Numbered from the stretch's first letter, positions 11,714-23,498 are shown. The stretch: 38,136 nt of DNA from Polymyxa betae A26-41 (GCA_003693705.1 RBZT01000490.1:1-38136), one strand, 5' to 3'. The notes: generated from the sequence alone by a model not told the origin. Numbers and translations: made by a program.

Positions 11714-13185
11714 TTACGCAGGACAGGTCCTTCCTTCACATCCTCTGCTTACGAAACCTATGGTAGCTTTAGTCTTATGGAAACAGTGCCTGGATAGGAA
11801 TACCTCCGTTTGAGCATAGAACTCCATTGCTCCCTGTAGAGAACAGGGATGATGCTCTTCCTGCATCACAAACATAGAAGTTTGGGCAACTACGACATTC
11901 TGAATCAGCCACCATTACTTAGTGGCAAATCAAGCGATACCAATTTCCAGGATAGCATTTCACTGATTGGCTGTTAGGGGCGCAAGTCATTGATGGAGAA
12001 GGTGCTGGTGGTGAAGGCAGTGGTGGCCTTGGCGTTGGTGCAGGTGCTGGAGGCAATGGCCTTGGCGTTGGTACAGGAGTCATTGTTCTAGGTGTTGGTG
12101 ATGGTGTTGGTATCGCCAAAGGTGTACAAGCTTGGTTTCGGCAGATGCCCGAGTTAACGTCAACAAAGATCCCATTAGAGCAAACCGTTCCTGGCGGAAC
12201 AATTTGATTGCGGTAGGCTATGCCTAAAGCACATAGGGTAAAAGTAGGGCAGCTGTATAGAGTTTCAGCATAGAACAATAAACCTCAGATAGAATGACCA
12301 ACCAGTTGCCTTGCTCACAGTATACTCCATCTGTCTGTTTGCTGCAGTCCAAGAGATTCGTAGAAACGGTCGGCGCCGGGGTCAATACAGGTGTAGGAGC
12401 ATTGTTATTGGGACTGGGTTTAGGAACTAACGGGCCAAAGGTCGGATTACCACCAAGCGTTGCTACGGGTGGTCCAGTGAAAAAAAACGGGGCAGCTGGA
12501 TCGTATGGGTTTCGATAAGCGCCCAGCGTATCACTCAGTGGAAGGTGGCCAGGTACTGTCACCATCGGCGATGGCAGGATCCCGTTTGACAGGCCAAGGA
12601 TCACGACGTCGACGCATTGCGAATAGAATTCGACTGCCGGCCAGCGATGCAGCGCGTACCATTCCCAGCGAAGCACACAGTGATCACACTATTCCACACA
12701 CTATCAATATGACAATAATGGGTAGGCATAATGAACGACTTTGGGCAGATAGGCAGGTAACGTTACTTGCTGCAGCTGATCGTTGATGTTCTTGCATTCA
12801 GCGAACTGGGCGATCTTGAACCACTTCATCTGGACTGGATTGGCATAAGTGTCGTAGCTCAGGTACAGGAAGCAGTCGCCAACGTGCGGTGCTGATCACC
12901 AGTTAAGGGACGATGCAGAATTCGGTCGCCTCGCCTACCAGACATAAACCATTCCACTTGGAATGTGGATCCAGCGATCAGCGTCAGGGTCGGATCCATT
13001 GGCGGGAGATTACGACAGACGAACATGCTGTCGAAGCTGGTTGGTGCATTTGAGATGTAATCGGGCGTGTTTGTTAGCTCATCTCGAGTAGTCGGCATTG
13101 TAAGACGGCCATGACATGCAGCTTGCTCGAATGATAACAGGATGAGAGTGAAAATAATGCAGAGGTGAAGATTGCTATGTTTCAT
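11714..13185 (-). CDS. Secreted histidine-brace LPMO-like protein with Pro/Thr linkers and two Cys-rich modules; 6 exons
   Basis: 24-aa signal peptide ending A-A-C followed by His (13111-13113); spliced domain HGRL..P..R / APHVGDC..LSYD / WFKI / CDHCVLRWEWYALH / EFYSQCVDV; introns 12892-12938, 12689-12739, 12253-12302, 11890-11940 and 11758-11803 are all GT-AG and restore one frame. Confidence 0.8.
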
Positions 13186-13486
13186 GATATCGGGTATCTG
13201 AAAAATCAATGCAACGTGGTCTGCGTGAGAAGTTTTCATTCAGTTCGAATCGCGGGGTACGGTTTCCAATGCCAGGTAGCAGTTTCAGAAGATTTTTGTT
13301 CCTTGTCCTGATCATGAAATGAGGAGTTCATGTTTTCTTCGAGCACATTGCCAATAATCTGGAACAAACTGATCGAAAAAAGTCACGCTACTTCCTGATC
13401 GCTTCGACACATGGGCTCTGAGGGCTCCAATAGAAAGGCAAAGATTCTGTAATAAATAATGTGCAAAACTAAGCGGAGAATTTCTG

Positions 13487-16029
13487 CTATACAAAATTAT
13501 CAGAGGAAGGACCTTGACCAGTAACAATGACAGCAGAGTCAGCTCCAGTTGATTGCTCGATATTTTGCAACGTATGGCCATTTTGTGATTGCAGAGAATC
13601 AAGAACAGAAACATCAAAAATTTTGACATTCTCAGCGGTCCATGAGATTGGGCATGATCTGTATGACTATTTAGCCGAATGCTCAAAAAGAAAGTATTTT
13701 TGTCAACGCACAGGAACACGACTTCCCACGAATAAGCGAGAAAGAAGACTGCTGTTTCTGCAGAGTCCTCGTAGCTGAATTTCTGGATAACTGGGACGTT
13801 CCATTCAGCAGGAAACTGAAAAGAGCGATGTTATTTGATAGGCTTCAAAGGACGTTGACTGACCACAGACCTGGTAGCTACGAGCTTCTAATCGCAGGAC
13901 ATCCTGAATAGTACCAACACTGGAATTTTCAGGCAATTCCCGAAGATTGAGCCTATCTATGAAATTATGCACCTGGAGTCTGATTATTCGGAGATATTAT
14001 GAAGAATCATTGAGTTACCAATATCCAAAGATGTTGGGCTACAGCTCCAAATTCTGGGTCGTGATTGAAGGGTTCCAGAACCTTCTGATCGTGCATTAAG
14101 CAATATAGAAGGGATATGTTTTCCGAAAGATTCCCGCTCGATAGACAGGCGCAAATTGCATCCAATAACAGTCGGATGAATTCACCTTAAAATCAAAATA
14201 AGTCAAGACATTTCCAGTCAACAGAAACTCACCAAAAGTGGACATGCTTTCTACAGATACATCTTCATCGCAGAACGAGCTGCGTCGTAAATGCTGATCA
14301 TGCGAAGAATCCTGAATAAAAAATCAGCATTGTCAACAGAACGGCATTTGTTTATGGTTACCGAATGTTGACCTTGTTGATTGAGTTTTTTGGCGATTCG
14401 AGTATACCTTCTGGATAAGGCACCTAACAGACTGACCAATCGTTGTGCGGTATGCTCGTGAATGTTGGTAGCATGAGGAGAGAGATTACAGAGAGCGGCA
14501 AGACAGTTGCTGTGCAAATAGGTGTCTTTCGATGTCGCCTGATTTTTCTGCATTGTTTGGAGCAAAACCGTCATTACCAGGCTTCCAAGACTTATATCCT
14601 GGAGGAGAAATTCTGTAAACCAAGGCACATTGCTGATGATTAATCGCCGATGGGCATTATCACAAAAAGAGTCATCCTAATGCTGGTTTCAGATAATGCT
14701 GATTCACATTGCAGCTTACATTGGTAAGAATAAGAAGAATGACAATAATCATGTACATTTGGTTCGAGTCGTACCTCTCCTCGGTGTATGCCATTTCAAG
14801 CAATGGCATTACAAGAACGTCGACGTCAGATTTCGAATATATAAACTCACAAAACAAGCGGTTGTAACGAATCAATGTGAAAAGCAGCAGAATCGCGAAG
14901 TTTCTGGCAGTCTTATGAAATAAGCATTGAACTAATGCCTGGTAAAGGGTAAATTGTGACAGCAAAGCATTTTAAACCGAAGTTACCTCAAACAATCGAT
15001 CGAAAGATACCTCTCCAGATACCGGTCTGGAGTAATCATTGTCGATATCAGAAATGCCAGAAAGCGCTGTTCTGAACCGAGTTCTGTCTCCTGTCTGATG
15101 GACCAGCAAAAGAACGAGAAACGCAGCACTGTCGGAGAGCAACGAGTTGCTCTCTTTTTTTGAGAATAAAATGCGATAAATTTGGAACGGCCAAAGAAAC
15201 ATATTCATAAACGACTGCCCAAGGTAGGAGAACCAAGAAGTTTTCGCTTTCGGGGAGTTGATTGGTGAGAAGGCAGATGTAGGTGATTTCAACGAATAGA
15301 GATAGAGGAGCTTCTCGCATAGTGGAGGAGTCCTGGAACCCAGACGTGAAAAAAATAAATCCAAGAACAGGTTTCTTTCATTTTCATCTTCATATAGCTG
15401 AGTGGAGAGAAGCACCAATAGCAAATAAGAAACTTCGAGCAGGAAATCGAGATTCTCATTTGTCGCTTCGACTTTCAAACAAACATCGACAATGAGAGTC
15501 AGCAGCCGTTCTGGAAGCGGTAATTCCGACTTCGACTGTTCATGCTCTGGCAGAATGACGATCGAAATGGCATGCGAGCTATCCGTGAATTTGTTCTCCA
15601 AATGTTGCTGCAGCTGCTCACTGCTTAGATTTTCGCAAAATGCCTAAACCGAAAAGTAAGCATTGTACTCACTCAATTGCAAAAAGACTTCTAAACCTTC
15701 AGAAAGGTTCTTGCAAGAAAGATCATATTAGTTGTTCCAGGCAAGACGGGCGCCCCATGAAGGATGTCGCCCAGATTCTCACAAACAAGTCCAAGAAGAA
15801 CATTCAGATTGCGACTGTCCAGATTGTTTTGGATCATTCGTTCGCAGACGATATTGACAACTCTTGTAACCTGGTTCTTGTCCAGGTGATCTAAGGCGAA
15901 ACGGATTTCGTGTAATCGGTTCCAGAAGGCATGGTTGGGCGGTAGGCTCCGGGGCCCAGACAGCAGCGATAGAACGGAATCATCACCATCGACAAGCTGC
16001 TGTTCGGCGACAGAGAGACCTCCGCCCAT
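13487..16029 (-). CDS. DYM: Dymeclin (DYM/Hid1-related family); multi-exon
   Basis: N-myristoylation start MGGGLS; LLVLLSTQLY; YSKSDVDVLVMPLLE; ISLGSL; DTYLHSNCLAALCNLSP; C-terminal KFSYEDS..FFLAYSWEVV..SW..NVKIF. Confidence 0.88.
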
Positions 16030-16518
16030 GAAATCGTGCGACTTCTTAAAAAGGCCAGACCGCCTTTATCGAAATAATCGCTTAAAATGTCACAAAACTC
16101 CGTTGTTTTTGCTGATAAAAGATAATGTTTCAGAGATAGAGACACATTCTGCATCAACTTGATAGTCGGCAGCTCTTTAAGTGCATGTGAGGGTGCTGTA
16201 TCATGCTAATTGAATCTATCTCTTTGATAGGATTGGATTAGCGTAGACGCTGATCTTTGCCGACAGGCGGCGATGTTTTCTAAGCGCAAGGGTGAAGTCA
16301 GCTCAGCAAACTGGTTTGGGCTAGGCAGATGAGAGATTATCATCAGTGAGTTCTCGCAGGGTCTGACTCAGCTGAAAGACCTCAGACCAACACGTATTAA
16401 CTCGTCCTACGAAATGAAGAAACCTGTCCAATAACAGTAACGAGACGGCATATATAGGCTAAGAGGAGTATATAAACAATTTTATGCTATGATAAATAAA
16501 TAGGGGATTTGCAGGCAC

Positions 16519-18657
16519 TCATTGTCGGGCAACCTGTAGCAGATCTGATAGACCGATAGCCACCCAACGATCCCTGTCTGCAGATCTTTTCGGCAAGTAA
16601 TAGACACAGTTGCTCTCCAGATAGATATTGGCATTTCCAAACGTGAAAATCTGTTTGCCTTGGAACCTTCCCAGTTTCATATTGGGCGCAAACTCGAGAT
16701 CGTTCATCTCAGCGTATTTAGCGACCAGATCACGAATGTGCAGCGAAGCCGGTGCCGGAGCCGCACCAGTAAACGAATCGCGGCCCAGTTTCGGTTGCTC
16801 CTTCGTCGTTTTTTGCTCACGCAGGAGCCGATCTGAATCGATGCGTTGCAAAATCTGATGCAGTAGCAGCTGGGCGTCACCACCACTGATTTGGCAGCTA
16901 ATCAACATCAGCACGTTGCGCAACATCCGTTGAGTTCGTGGCGCCTCAATCAAGCTGCCATTGAACAGCGATTTCCAACGCGGATACCATTCCAAAAGCG
17001 CCGAATAGTCGGGGCTTTGCTGCATCCAGACCTGAACCGAGCGTAGCAATCTCGGCCAGATCGAGGTTTCCAACAATGTCAACACGATGGGTTCGCCCAG
17101 GAGCTCGCTCCATTGAAGCAGCCAGCCGATAGCGGGCAGATCGGCAGCCACATACCTTGGCGCGAGCGCCTGCTCAACCAAAGCCTGGCGGAATTTCGGT
17201 ATGACAGCCTGCTCCATCAATCGGTTCAGATCGCGTTGCCCGAACACGTTGCGCCAAGGCTGCAGTGCCTGAAGTGCGGATGGATCGTCAGGCGACCATT
17301 GCGACAGAACATTGATAAATCGCCGGGAGATCTGCTCGTGGACGGAATGCAGACGTTGTTCACCGAGGATTGGCAGCCATGGATGCGCCCAAACATGCGT
17401 CTGGACAATGTCTTGTAGAGGATGACATTGCTGTGCGACCCATAGAAGGGCCGGGATCAGGACGGTGTCGTATACGGAATTCAGTACGGATGGCGACAGC
17501 GCTGGCGACCAGGCCGCGATAGCCTCAGAGAGGACGTCGCAGTCACGAACCAGGTCCAACGACATCAACGTCGAACGCAGCTTCGGAAGGATCAGCGTGC
17601 TGCAAACGTCGTCGTAGGCGGCGGTCGGCAGAAGGAACCGCCACCTTTTGAAAACATCCGGCAGAGAGCCGCGATCCAGAATCGGATTGGAAACCCCGTT
17701 CAATGCTTGCGCCATGAACGGCGTCATCAAGGACACGGCCAAGTTTTCGAGGCGGAACTCGCGGTACTCGTTTTGGAAACTGTGCTGCAGCATCTCAAAG
17801 ACGTCAGCGGCCGCCGAGAATGATAGGCGCTCGGCGCTGTTCGGTTGCAGGCGCGCCGAAACTTTTGTAATAATAGCCTGGACCTGCTCAAGACGTTGCA
17901 CCATCTGCGACGACGCCGTCATTTTGGATTGAAGGACGTCACGACGTGCTTCGAGCGCCTCAATCTCGTTCCTGTTAATTAAGCGTTTTCTTTCGAGCTT
18001 TTCGATGTCAGATTCGGCCAGGTTGACGAGCAGCTGAAGATTGTGCTCTAGTTCGGGTAGAACGCTGTTGACCGCATTTTCGCCTTTCTCTTCGTCGACA
18101 GTTCGTAAATCGCCGAACGATTTCACTTTGGCGCCATTACGGGATGTCATGTCGACGAATGTTGTCGATGTCATGCGATTCTCCAATTTCATATCGAGCA
18201 TTTCCTGAGCGGTCTTATAAATAACCGGCTGCTGGACAGCATCACGGCGCCAGTTCTGTTTCGCTCGAGGTGGTTTCGGGCGATCATCGACCTTTCTTTT
18301 CGGCTTCGACTCGGGTTTCGAATCGACATCGTTAAATCCTAGACCCATTCCAACCGGGCGTTGCTTCGCTTCGATCGGTGCCGCGATACCCGTCTCTTGC
18401 TTGCCCAGGCGTCCTTTGAAGCCAAATTTGGCCAGATATTTACTGCCGAACCCCTTCGTATGCTTCTCGAAATCGGCCTGTTTCACTTCGGTGGGCCTGG
18501 CTGGCGGCGGTGGCCGCCAATTACTGGCCATCGCTGACGGTTCCGAAGGAGCAGACACAAATGGAACCGAGCCATTTCTTTGACCGTCGTCGCCTGCATC
18601 ATAGGTCTGCCTGACGAATCGATCGCTGGTAAATTCACCCTCGTCCGAGCTCGACAT
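16519..18657 (-). CDS. TFIP11: Tuftelin-interacting protein 11 / Ntr1-Spp382 spliceosome disassembly factor (G-patch + GCFC domain); intronless
   Basis: G-patch FEKHTKGFGSKYLAKFGFKGRLGK..GIAAPIE..GMGLG; LPELEHNLQLL; HVWAHPWLP; WSPDDPSA..LQPWRNVF; WYPRWK; likely start MSSSDE at 18657. Confidence 0.92.
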   Translation of the reverse strand: MSSSDEGEFTSDRFVRQTYDAGDDGQRNGSVPFVSAPSEPSAMASNWRPPPPARPTEVKQADFEKHTKGFGSKYLAKFGFKGRLGKQETGIAAPIEAKQRPVGMGLGFNDVDSKPESKPKRKVDDRPKPPRAKQNWRRDAVQQPVIYKTAQEMLDMKLENRMTSTTFVDMTSRNGAKVKSFGDLRTVDEEKGENAVNSVLPELEHNLQLLVNLAESDIEKLERKRLINRNEIEALEARRDVLQSKMTASSQMVQRLEQVQAIITKVSARLQPNSAERLSFSAAADVFEMLQHSFQNEYREFRLENLAVSLMTPFMAQALNGVSNPILDRGSLPDVFKRWRFLLPTAAYDDVCSTLILPKLRSTLMSLDLVRDCDVLSEAIAAWSPALSPSVLNSVYDTVLIPALLWVAQQCHPLQDIVQTHVWAHPWLPILGEQRLHSVHEQISRRFINVLSQWSPDDPSALQALQPWRNVFGQRDLNRLMEQAVIPKFRQALVEQALAPRYVAADLPAIGWLLQWSELLGEPIVLTLLETSIWPRLLRSVQVWMQQSPDYSALLEWYPRWKSLFNGSLIEAPRTQRMLRNVLMLISCQISGGDAQLLLHQILQRIDSDRLLREQKTTKEQPKLGRDSFTGAAPAPASLHIRDLVAKYAEMNDLEFAPNMKLGRFQGKQIFTFGNANIYLESNCVYYLPKRSADRDRWVAIGLSDLLQVARQ

Positions 18658-18700
18658 GACATGAACTGAAAGAGAGCGACGCCTTTCCAAAGATAACGTT

Positions 18701-18840
18701 AAATTGCGCACTCGACAAAATTCCTCCAAAATGTCTCGATAACATCAAAGTTGCGCACTCAGAAAACGCTTTTCCCTTCAAATTGCGCTCAGAAAAAGTG
18801 TTTAAGAATCGGAATCATAAAAATTGCGCCCTCGAGATAT
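18701..18840. repeat. Four degenerate copies of A(A/G)TTGCGC(A/C/-)CTC(A/G)-like element in the divergent TFIP11/RagC promoter
   Basis: TTGCGC cores at 18704, 18751, 18783 and 18824, each preceded by an A-rich run and followed by CTC and A-rich sequence. Confidence 0.55.
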
Positions 18841-18941
18841 TCCCCCCTCGAGAAAAGTCACTAAATAAGTTGTCATGTATTTAAACACGGCTCGCAGTAA
18901 ACCAGCTACAATTTCACTCTATATTGTCGCCATTTGTTTTC

Positions 18942-20545
18942 ATGATTGCTCAGTCGTATGAAGAGTTCCCATTGTTGGACGACCCTGTGCGGAGGTCGCG
19001 ACCGACGACCTTTTCATTAGACCAGCTGGACGCGACCGACGCCCGGCCGCGACTATTCTTAATGGGGGCGCCACGTTCCGGCAAGACTTCCATCGAGAAG
19101 GTTGTATTCCATAAGGTCATTCGCGATAATTGAGCAGCCATACGATATCGCGAACCGTTTTTCAGACGTCACCGCACGAGACGCTCTATCTGGATTCCAC
19201 ACTGGATATCACCAGTATCGAGATACACAGCAATTTCCTCGTCAATTTGCAGATTCTGGACTTTCCCGGCTCGTATTCATTTCAAGGTCTCTCTCTCTCT
19301 ACTCTCTTTTCTCAGTCTTGATTGAGGCTTGATGTTTCTTCCTTGCGTGAATTGCCTTTGGTTATATCGTCAGCTAACCTGGTATGGGTCAGATTGTGAA
19401 ATTGACGCCCTAAAATCGTGCTCGGCGCTGATTCTCGTCGTGGATGCCACTGATTCCTCTCAGGACAATGAAGATATCTTATATTTGGTTGGTGCACTTT
19501 GTTATCAGCATCACTCCAGCTAATGGTTCACCGCAGGTTGAGCTTGTAAAGCAGGCCATGCAGATCAAGAGCAACATCAACTTCGAGATTCTCATCCATA
19601 AAGTCGACGGGGACGCATTCCCGCTCGAGGAGCATCGATTGGAGGCGCAGCGCGACACCAGGTCCGGTGCTGCTGGCCCATCTGCTCTTGGCACTCGGCA
19701 GCTGAAACGTACTGCTCTAGATCGAAGGTCTTAGCCGAACTTCGCGAAGCAAACATTCAGAATGCGCATTTGTCGTTCCATCTGACCTCCATCTACGACC
19801 ATACAATCTTCGAGGTCGAGTCTGTTACTGTGACCTGGTCTCGCTGGAGACATCTGATGTGTGTTTCTGTCCCTTTAGGCGTTCTCCAAGATCTATCAGA
19901 AACTGCTGCCCCAGTTCGGATATCTAGAGAACCTGCTGGATTCGCTCCTTACCAGCAGCTGCATCGAAAAGGTTTCCATTTTCCGGACTACTCCGCCGAC
20001 CTGATCGTGTGCGCAGGTGTTCTTGTTTGATATCAGTTCAAAGATGTACGTTTGCACCGATTCGAACCCGGTCGACATGCAGACCTATGAACTCTGCTCC
20101 GATATGTTCGTGGCCCCGTTTCCATTTCGTGTTGGCCCTGTACGATCCGCTGACTCCGTTGTTAATGTTTAGGATCGATGTCGTGCTGGATGTGTCCTGT
20201 ATATATGGGTTGCCAAGCGATGCCAACGTCGACCCGAAGTCGGTCGAGAGGCTCGCAGTTGAAAACGCATTTAACAGCGGATCCGGAGCCACTATCAAAC
20301 TCAGCAATGGACGTAAGCGCGCGTTTATCGATCAATTTGTCGCTAATTGCGATGGTTCCGTATCGCGATTGTGACCGTATCAAATAGATGTGTTGATGTT
20401 GCGGGAAATCGGACATTGCCTCGCTGTCGTCTGTCTAATGAGGGAGAAATCGTTCGACAAGGCGGCCCTAATTGAGTATAATATCGATTGTTTGAGGAGT
20501 ACTCTGTCCAACCTATCAGAACGAATTGTCACCGAGGTCTCGTAA
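18942..20545 (+). CDS. RRAGC: Rag GTPase RagC/D (Gtr2); multi-exon
   Basis: [28 protein letters not shown]; DFPG; ILIHKVDG; [15 protein letters not shown]; [19 protein letters not shown]; LIEYNIDC. Confidence 0.92.
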
Positions 20546-20787
20546 TTCATTATTACCGTATTTATGCATAACTCAACGCGTCTGCGTTTCGTTTATTTCT
20601 CCTATCAGTACTCAATCGATATTAATAATCAATCGATCAGCTTTATCGAATGATGTCGAAGTGATGCTACACATGGAGTAATACATTCTAACGTTCCGCG
20701 ATAGTCAATTCTGTGATTACATGAAATAGCACTGACAGTATACGATCAGGCGATATAAGTGTATATTTCACAAATGTGGTTATCAAT

Positions 20788-21827
20788 TCATGTATATAAC
20801 GAGTAGATTTCGCCAAGGTCGTCGGCGATCGTTTGGAAGTCGATGGGAAGCTCATGAATGACGCCATCAGCCAAGTCATAGACTATCCCGTGTATCCGGG
20901 GCCGTCTCGTCTTCAGCAGACTCCTCTGTACCGTTGCCGTCTTTAACCTATTATCCACCAAGGCTGTCAACCCAACTTCATCAACTGACAAACGAGCGTG
21001 GCAATTACAGATTAATGCATTGTTCGCGGACATTCAGCTCAACCAGCAACCGAAGCTGCTTTTCTACCAACGATATTAAGCATACAACGATAGCGCCAGC
21101 ATTGGGACTGCTACCTTGATCATCGCCAAGCTCGTTGATCTGATTGTGATGGGTTCGATGCACATCGCGTATATTACACAACCAGTTGCCAAGCACGCCG
21201 CTATCGCACTGCCCCAGACACGTCAATCCTGTGCTCAAACATTCCAGAAATGTTCAAATTGCCTTATCGAGAGCAGCTCGGATCCCACCGCATCCATAAT
21301 GACCACAAACTGCCACTCGGCTCAACGAAGAATTGGGCGATCCGATCAGACACCTACCGATGATATCTTGGACTTTGAGGACTTTAACCGAATACTCGAG
21401 GACAGAGAGCAGGTTGGCGTCGGTCATGACTACCATGTTGGCGATGTTTCGGTGCACGAACAGACGCCCAGGCGGCAGACCGGTGATCTCCTCTGCCGGC
21501 ACTGGGACGTAGCCGAGTAAGTTGGAGCACCGATCAGACAAGGCGTCAACACTGACCTCGACTATCGGAGCAGCCGATCCAGAGATAGCGCGGCGACTGT
21601 TTTTTGGCTGAAGCGGCGAAGAATCCAGGCTCATGTGCCGCCACCCATGCCCTGTTCCCGTCGAAGATCTCGGCCAGCGGGTTCGGTTCCTGAACCGATT
21701 GTCAGTGCGCAGCGGCTCTGGACGAATGTTCGTCGCTTACAGCGGCGTCGCTGGGACGTTGCGCCAACGGACTGGCCCATTTGGAGGGCGAGTATTGCCT
21801 TTCAGGCTTGTTGGAGTCCATGGTCAT
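20788..21827 (-). CDS. Beta-class carbonic anhydrase, copy A (no transit peptide); 7 exons, one GC-AG intron
   Basis: [47 protein letters not shown]; frame intact after splicing. Confidence 0.88.
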
Positions 21828-22485
21828 GAAGAGCGGTCACTTTGCGAAACCACAATGCCGATCGTTCGTATGCGGAACTCGACCCGGCTTCTAGTTACAC
21901 CAATGATCAAAGCGGGCGTTTTCTCATGGCTGATCATCGAAACCCCTACCGAGATCGTTCCCCCGATCGAATGTTCTTCTAGTTACGGTACATGATTCCT
22001 TACGAACCCCTCCACCCTTTCCGTCTTTCAGCTGCAAACTTAAATCTTTATGCGTCCAACCATATATCTAGCGTTCAACTATATATTTATTGACCAACTT
22101 CTCTCAACTTAAAATTATTACAAGTTAAATTAGCGTTTGGGCATTGATTGATAATATTAGCTGTTCCAGTACAGTTTCCAGACATTTTTGGTCAATTTTT
22201 CCACTCTCTACCCCATGAAACAAACGGTTTTTGCGCATGAAAAGAACGCAATCAGGACGCTCTCGCGTTCAACACAGGTGCGCGACGGACGGGAGTTTCC
22301 GATCTTCGGCCTTCGCAGGAATCTGTCGAACAGCCGACCGTACAATGGCGCAGTGGCGCGCCATCATATTCGACGGTTATATTCGATTTACGTACGGCGC
22401 AACCTGAAACTGGGTGTGATAAGTGGCGGATACTCACTCTCAATCCATTTGTCTTTGACGAACTTCTACTCTTCCATCTATCATT

Positions 22486-23498
22486 ATGGCGCTGCGATTG
22501 CTAACCCGACGAGCTATGCCGACGACGGCCCGGCTGCCGATTGCGGCCAGGTCCATGGTACGGTGGCACTCGAGCAAGGAAGGCGGCCGTCACCCGTTCG
22601 CCGAAATCTTCGAGAACAATCGTCGCTGGGCTGAGAGCAAAGGCCCCAAATTCTTCGAACGTACGTCGGCGGGACAGTCGCCGCGCTATCTCTGGATCGG
22701 CTGCTCTGATAGTCGAGGTCGGTGTGTCAGTATCAATGGCCTGGCACCGTCTGATGCCCGAGCTTGTCAGTATCGGCGCAGTCGATCGCGGGTCTGGAGA
22801 CCGGTGAGGTGTTCGTCCATCGTAACATCGCCAATATGGTGGTCGGGACTGATACCAATCTTCTCTCGGTGCTCGAGTTCTCGGTCGAGGTCCTCAAGGT
22901 CCCGCACATCATTGGTACAGTATGACCTTGCTTGCCTCCGCTGCCTCCCATTGGTAAACGGGTTTGATGTAGTTTGCGGCCATTACGAATGCGGTGGTGT
23001 GAAGGCCGCCTTAGAGAAGGTACGGCGAGCGCTATCACCATCGTCCTGGTCATTGATGACCTCGAACAGCATGTTGGCGGCGTTCTCGGCAACTGGCTCT
23101 GCAACATTCGTGACGTTCACCGGCTACATCGCGATCAGATTAACGAGACCAAAGACCCAGGTCAGTAGGGGGTTTCCGGAACGGCGTTCAGATCCTGAAT
23201 GATCTGCTTCGTAGAGCAACGACTCCGGCGTCTGGTCGAGTTCAACGTCAAAGAGCAGTGTGTCAATCTGTAAACCTCAGCGCTAGTACGGGTGCGCTGG
23301 TGGATCTGAATGTGGCATGTTAGGTTCAAGACGGCGATCGTCCAGAAGGCTATTCATAAGACCGAACGTCCTCAGATTCATGGCCTGGTCTATGATATTA
23401 AGGATGGACTGCTCCATGAGTTGCCCGTCGATTACAAGTCCACTATCGAAGAGTATGGCGATGTTTATAACCTGTATGAGCAAAAGCCCTCGAAATAA
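22486..23498 (+). CDS. Beta-class carbonic anhydrase, copy B (predicted mitochondrial); 6 exons
   Basis: Arg-rich, acid-free N-terminus MALRLLTRRAMPTTARLPIAARSMVRWHSS; CSDSR, HRNIAN and HYECGG zinc-site motifs. Confidence 0.92.

Noticed and set aside
13312-13719. 135-aa ORF as a separate gene
   Set aside because: It is read-through of the last dymeclin intron; splicing gives the conserved dymeclin C-terminus ending at 13487.
16628-18583. Numerous antisense and alternate-frame ORFs inside long genes (here within TFIP11; also MPP-beta, BTB, CCT3)
   Set aside because: Shadow ORFs of real coding sequence.
18701-18840. Repeat-spacer pattern superficially like a CRISPR array
   Set aside because: Repeats are short and degenerate with irregular spacing, the context is eukaryotic, and there are no cas genes.
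20788-21827. Carbonic anhydrase copy A as a pseudogene
   Set aside because: The apparent frameshifts and stop disappear when introns at positions shared with the paralog (including one GC-AG) are removed.
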